Shown piece by piece: positions 63,691 to 64,000 of a DNA stretch of 64,000 nt. The translations under genes were made by a program, and so were the position numbers. The notes under the pieces are model-generated. The model did no database searches. It was not told the origin of the DNA and saw only the letters and a program-made list of their open reading frames with translations. This stretch comes from a virus: IMG/VR virus record IMGVR_UViG_3300031576_000014, positions 30,583-94,582 of that record. The stretch is one strand, 5' to 3'. Position 1 is the first letter of the stretch. Every line of letters begins with the position of its first letter.

Positions 63691-64000
63691 CTACTTGCGG
63701 AACCCCTTCTCGCGCGCTGCCCGGACGATCTGCTCGCGGAACCACTGCGACATCGTCTTGTTCTCCGACGACGCGATCCGCAGAAGCAGCGCATGGTCCC
63801 CGCGCGGGACCAGGAACCCGACCTGCTGCACGTCCATCACCTCGCCGCCGATCTCGACAGGCCTCGTCCTCGGCTCTTTCCCGTTCGCGCGCGCGCCCTT
63901 CGGCGGCGGGAGCATCTCCCACTTCGCGCCGCACTCGTCGCACTGGAAGACCCCCGTCCTCGTCTCGTCCTCGACGCGCAGGATCGGCCTGTCCGCGTAC
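63691..64000 (-). CDS. zinc ribbon + ribbon-helix-helix DNA-binding protein (5' end may lie outside the window)
   Basis: FQCDECGAKW, then QQVGFLVP..DHALL..IAS...TMSQWFREQI RHH pattern. Confidence 0.6.
   Translation of the reverse strand, partial: YADRPILRVEDETRTGVFQCDECGAKWEMLPPPKGARANGKEPRTRPVEIGGEVMDVQQVGFLVPRGDHALLLRIASSENKTMSQWFREQIVRAAREKGFRK

Noticed and set aside
54368-64000. Terminase expected upstream of the portal
   Set aside because: No ORF with terminase ATPase or nuclease motifs was found; it is presumably outside the window.

Overview
This is a 64-kb segment of a high-GC tailed phage or prophage with a contractile tail. Almost every gene is on the minus strand. A myxobacterial/deltaproteobacterial-type host is only an inference, from GC content and a sigma54-like promoter. 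From right to left the window holds: a lysis/envelope cluster (C1 peptidase, GH25 lysozyme, SLT-like protein), virion accessory genes, portal, an intein-containing MuF/gp7-like head protein, scaffold, major capsid, neck, sheath, tube, tail chaperone with a -1 frameshift, tape measure and baseplate genes. The baseplate block is interrupted by a sigma54-driven accessory cassette and an inverted thyX. These are followed by holin-like genes and a replication/recombination module (intein-containing SF2 helicase, DnaB, DnaA-C, primase, sigma factor, PolB, SSB, HNH, RecA, MTase, SbcD/SbcC, RuvC). No terminase, integrase, tRNA or CRISPR array was recognised. The main finding is that neither intein has an in-frame homing endonuclease; each instead carries a Vsr/DUF559-like endonuclease ORF overprinted in another reading frame. 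An apparently intact 284-aa HTH-nuclease lies on the antisense strand wholly inside the MuF intein (52794-53648), and a deleted remnant lies in the +1 frame of the helicase intein. The second finding is a perfect 20-bp palindrome, ACGTAAACCGCGGTTTACGT, present 7 times, three of them exactly 13-14 bp upstream of sigma70-like -35 boxes. All product calls come from motif recognition by eye; no searches were run.
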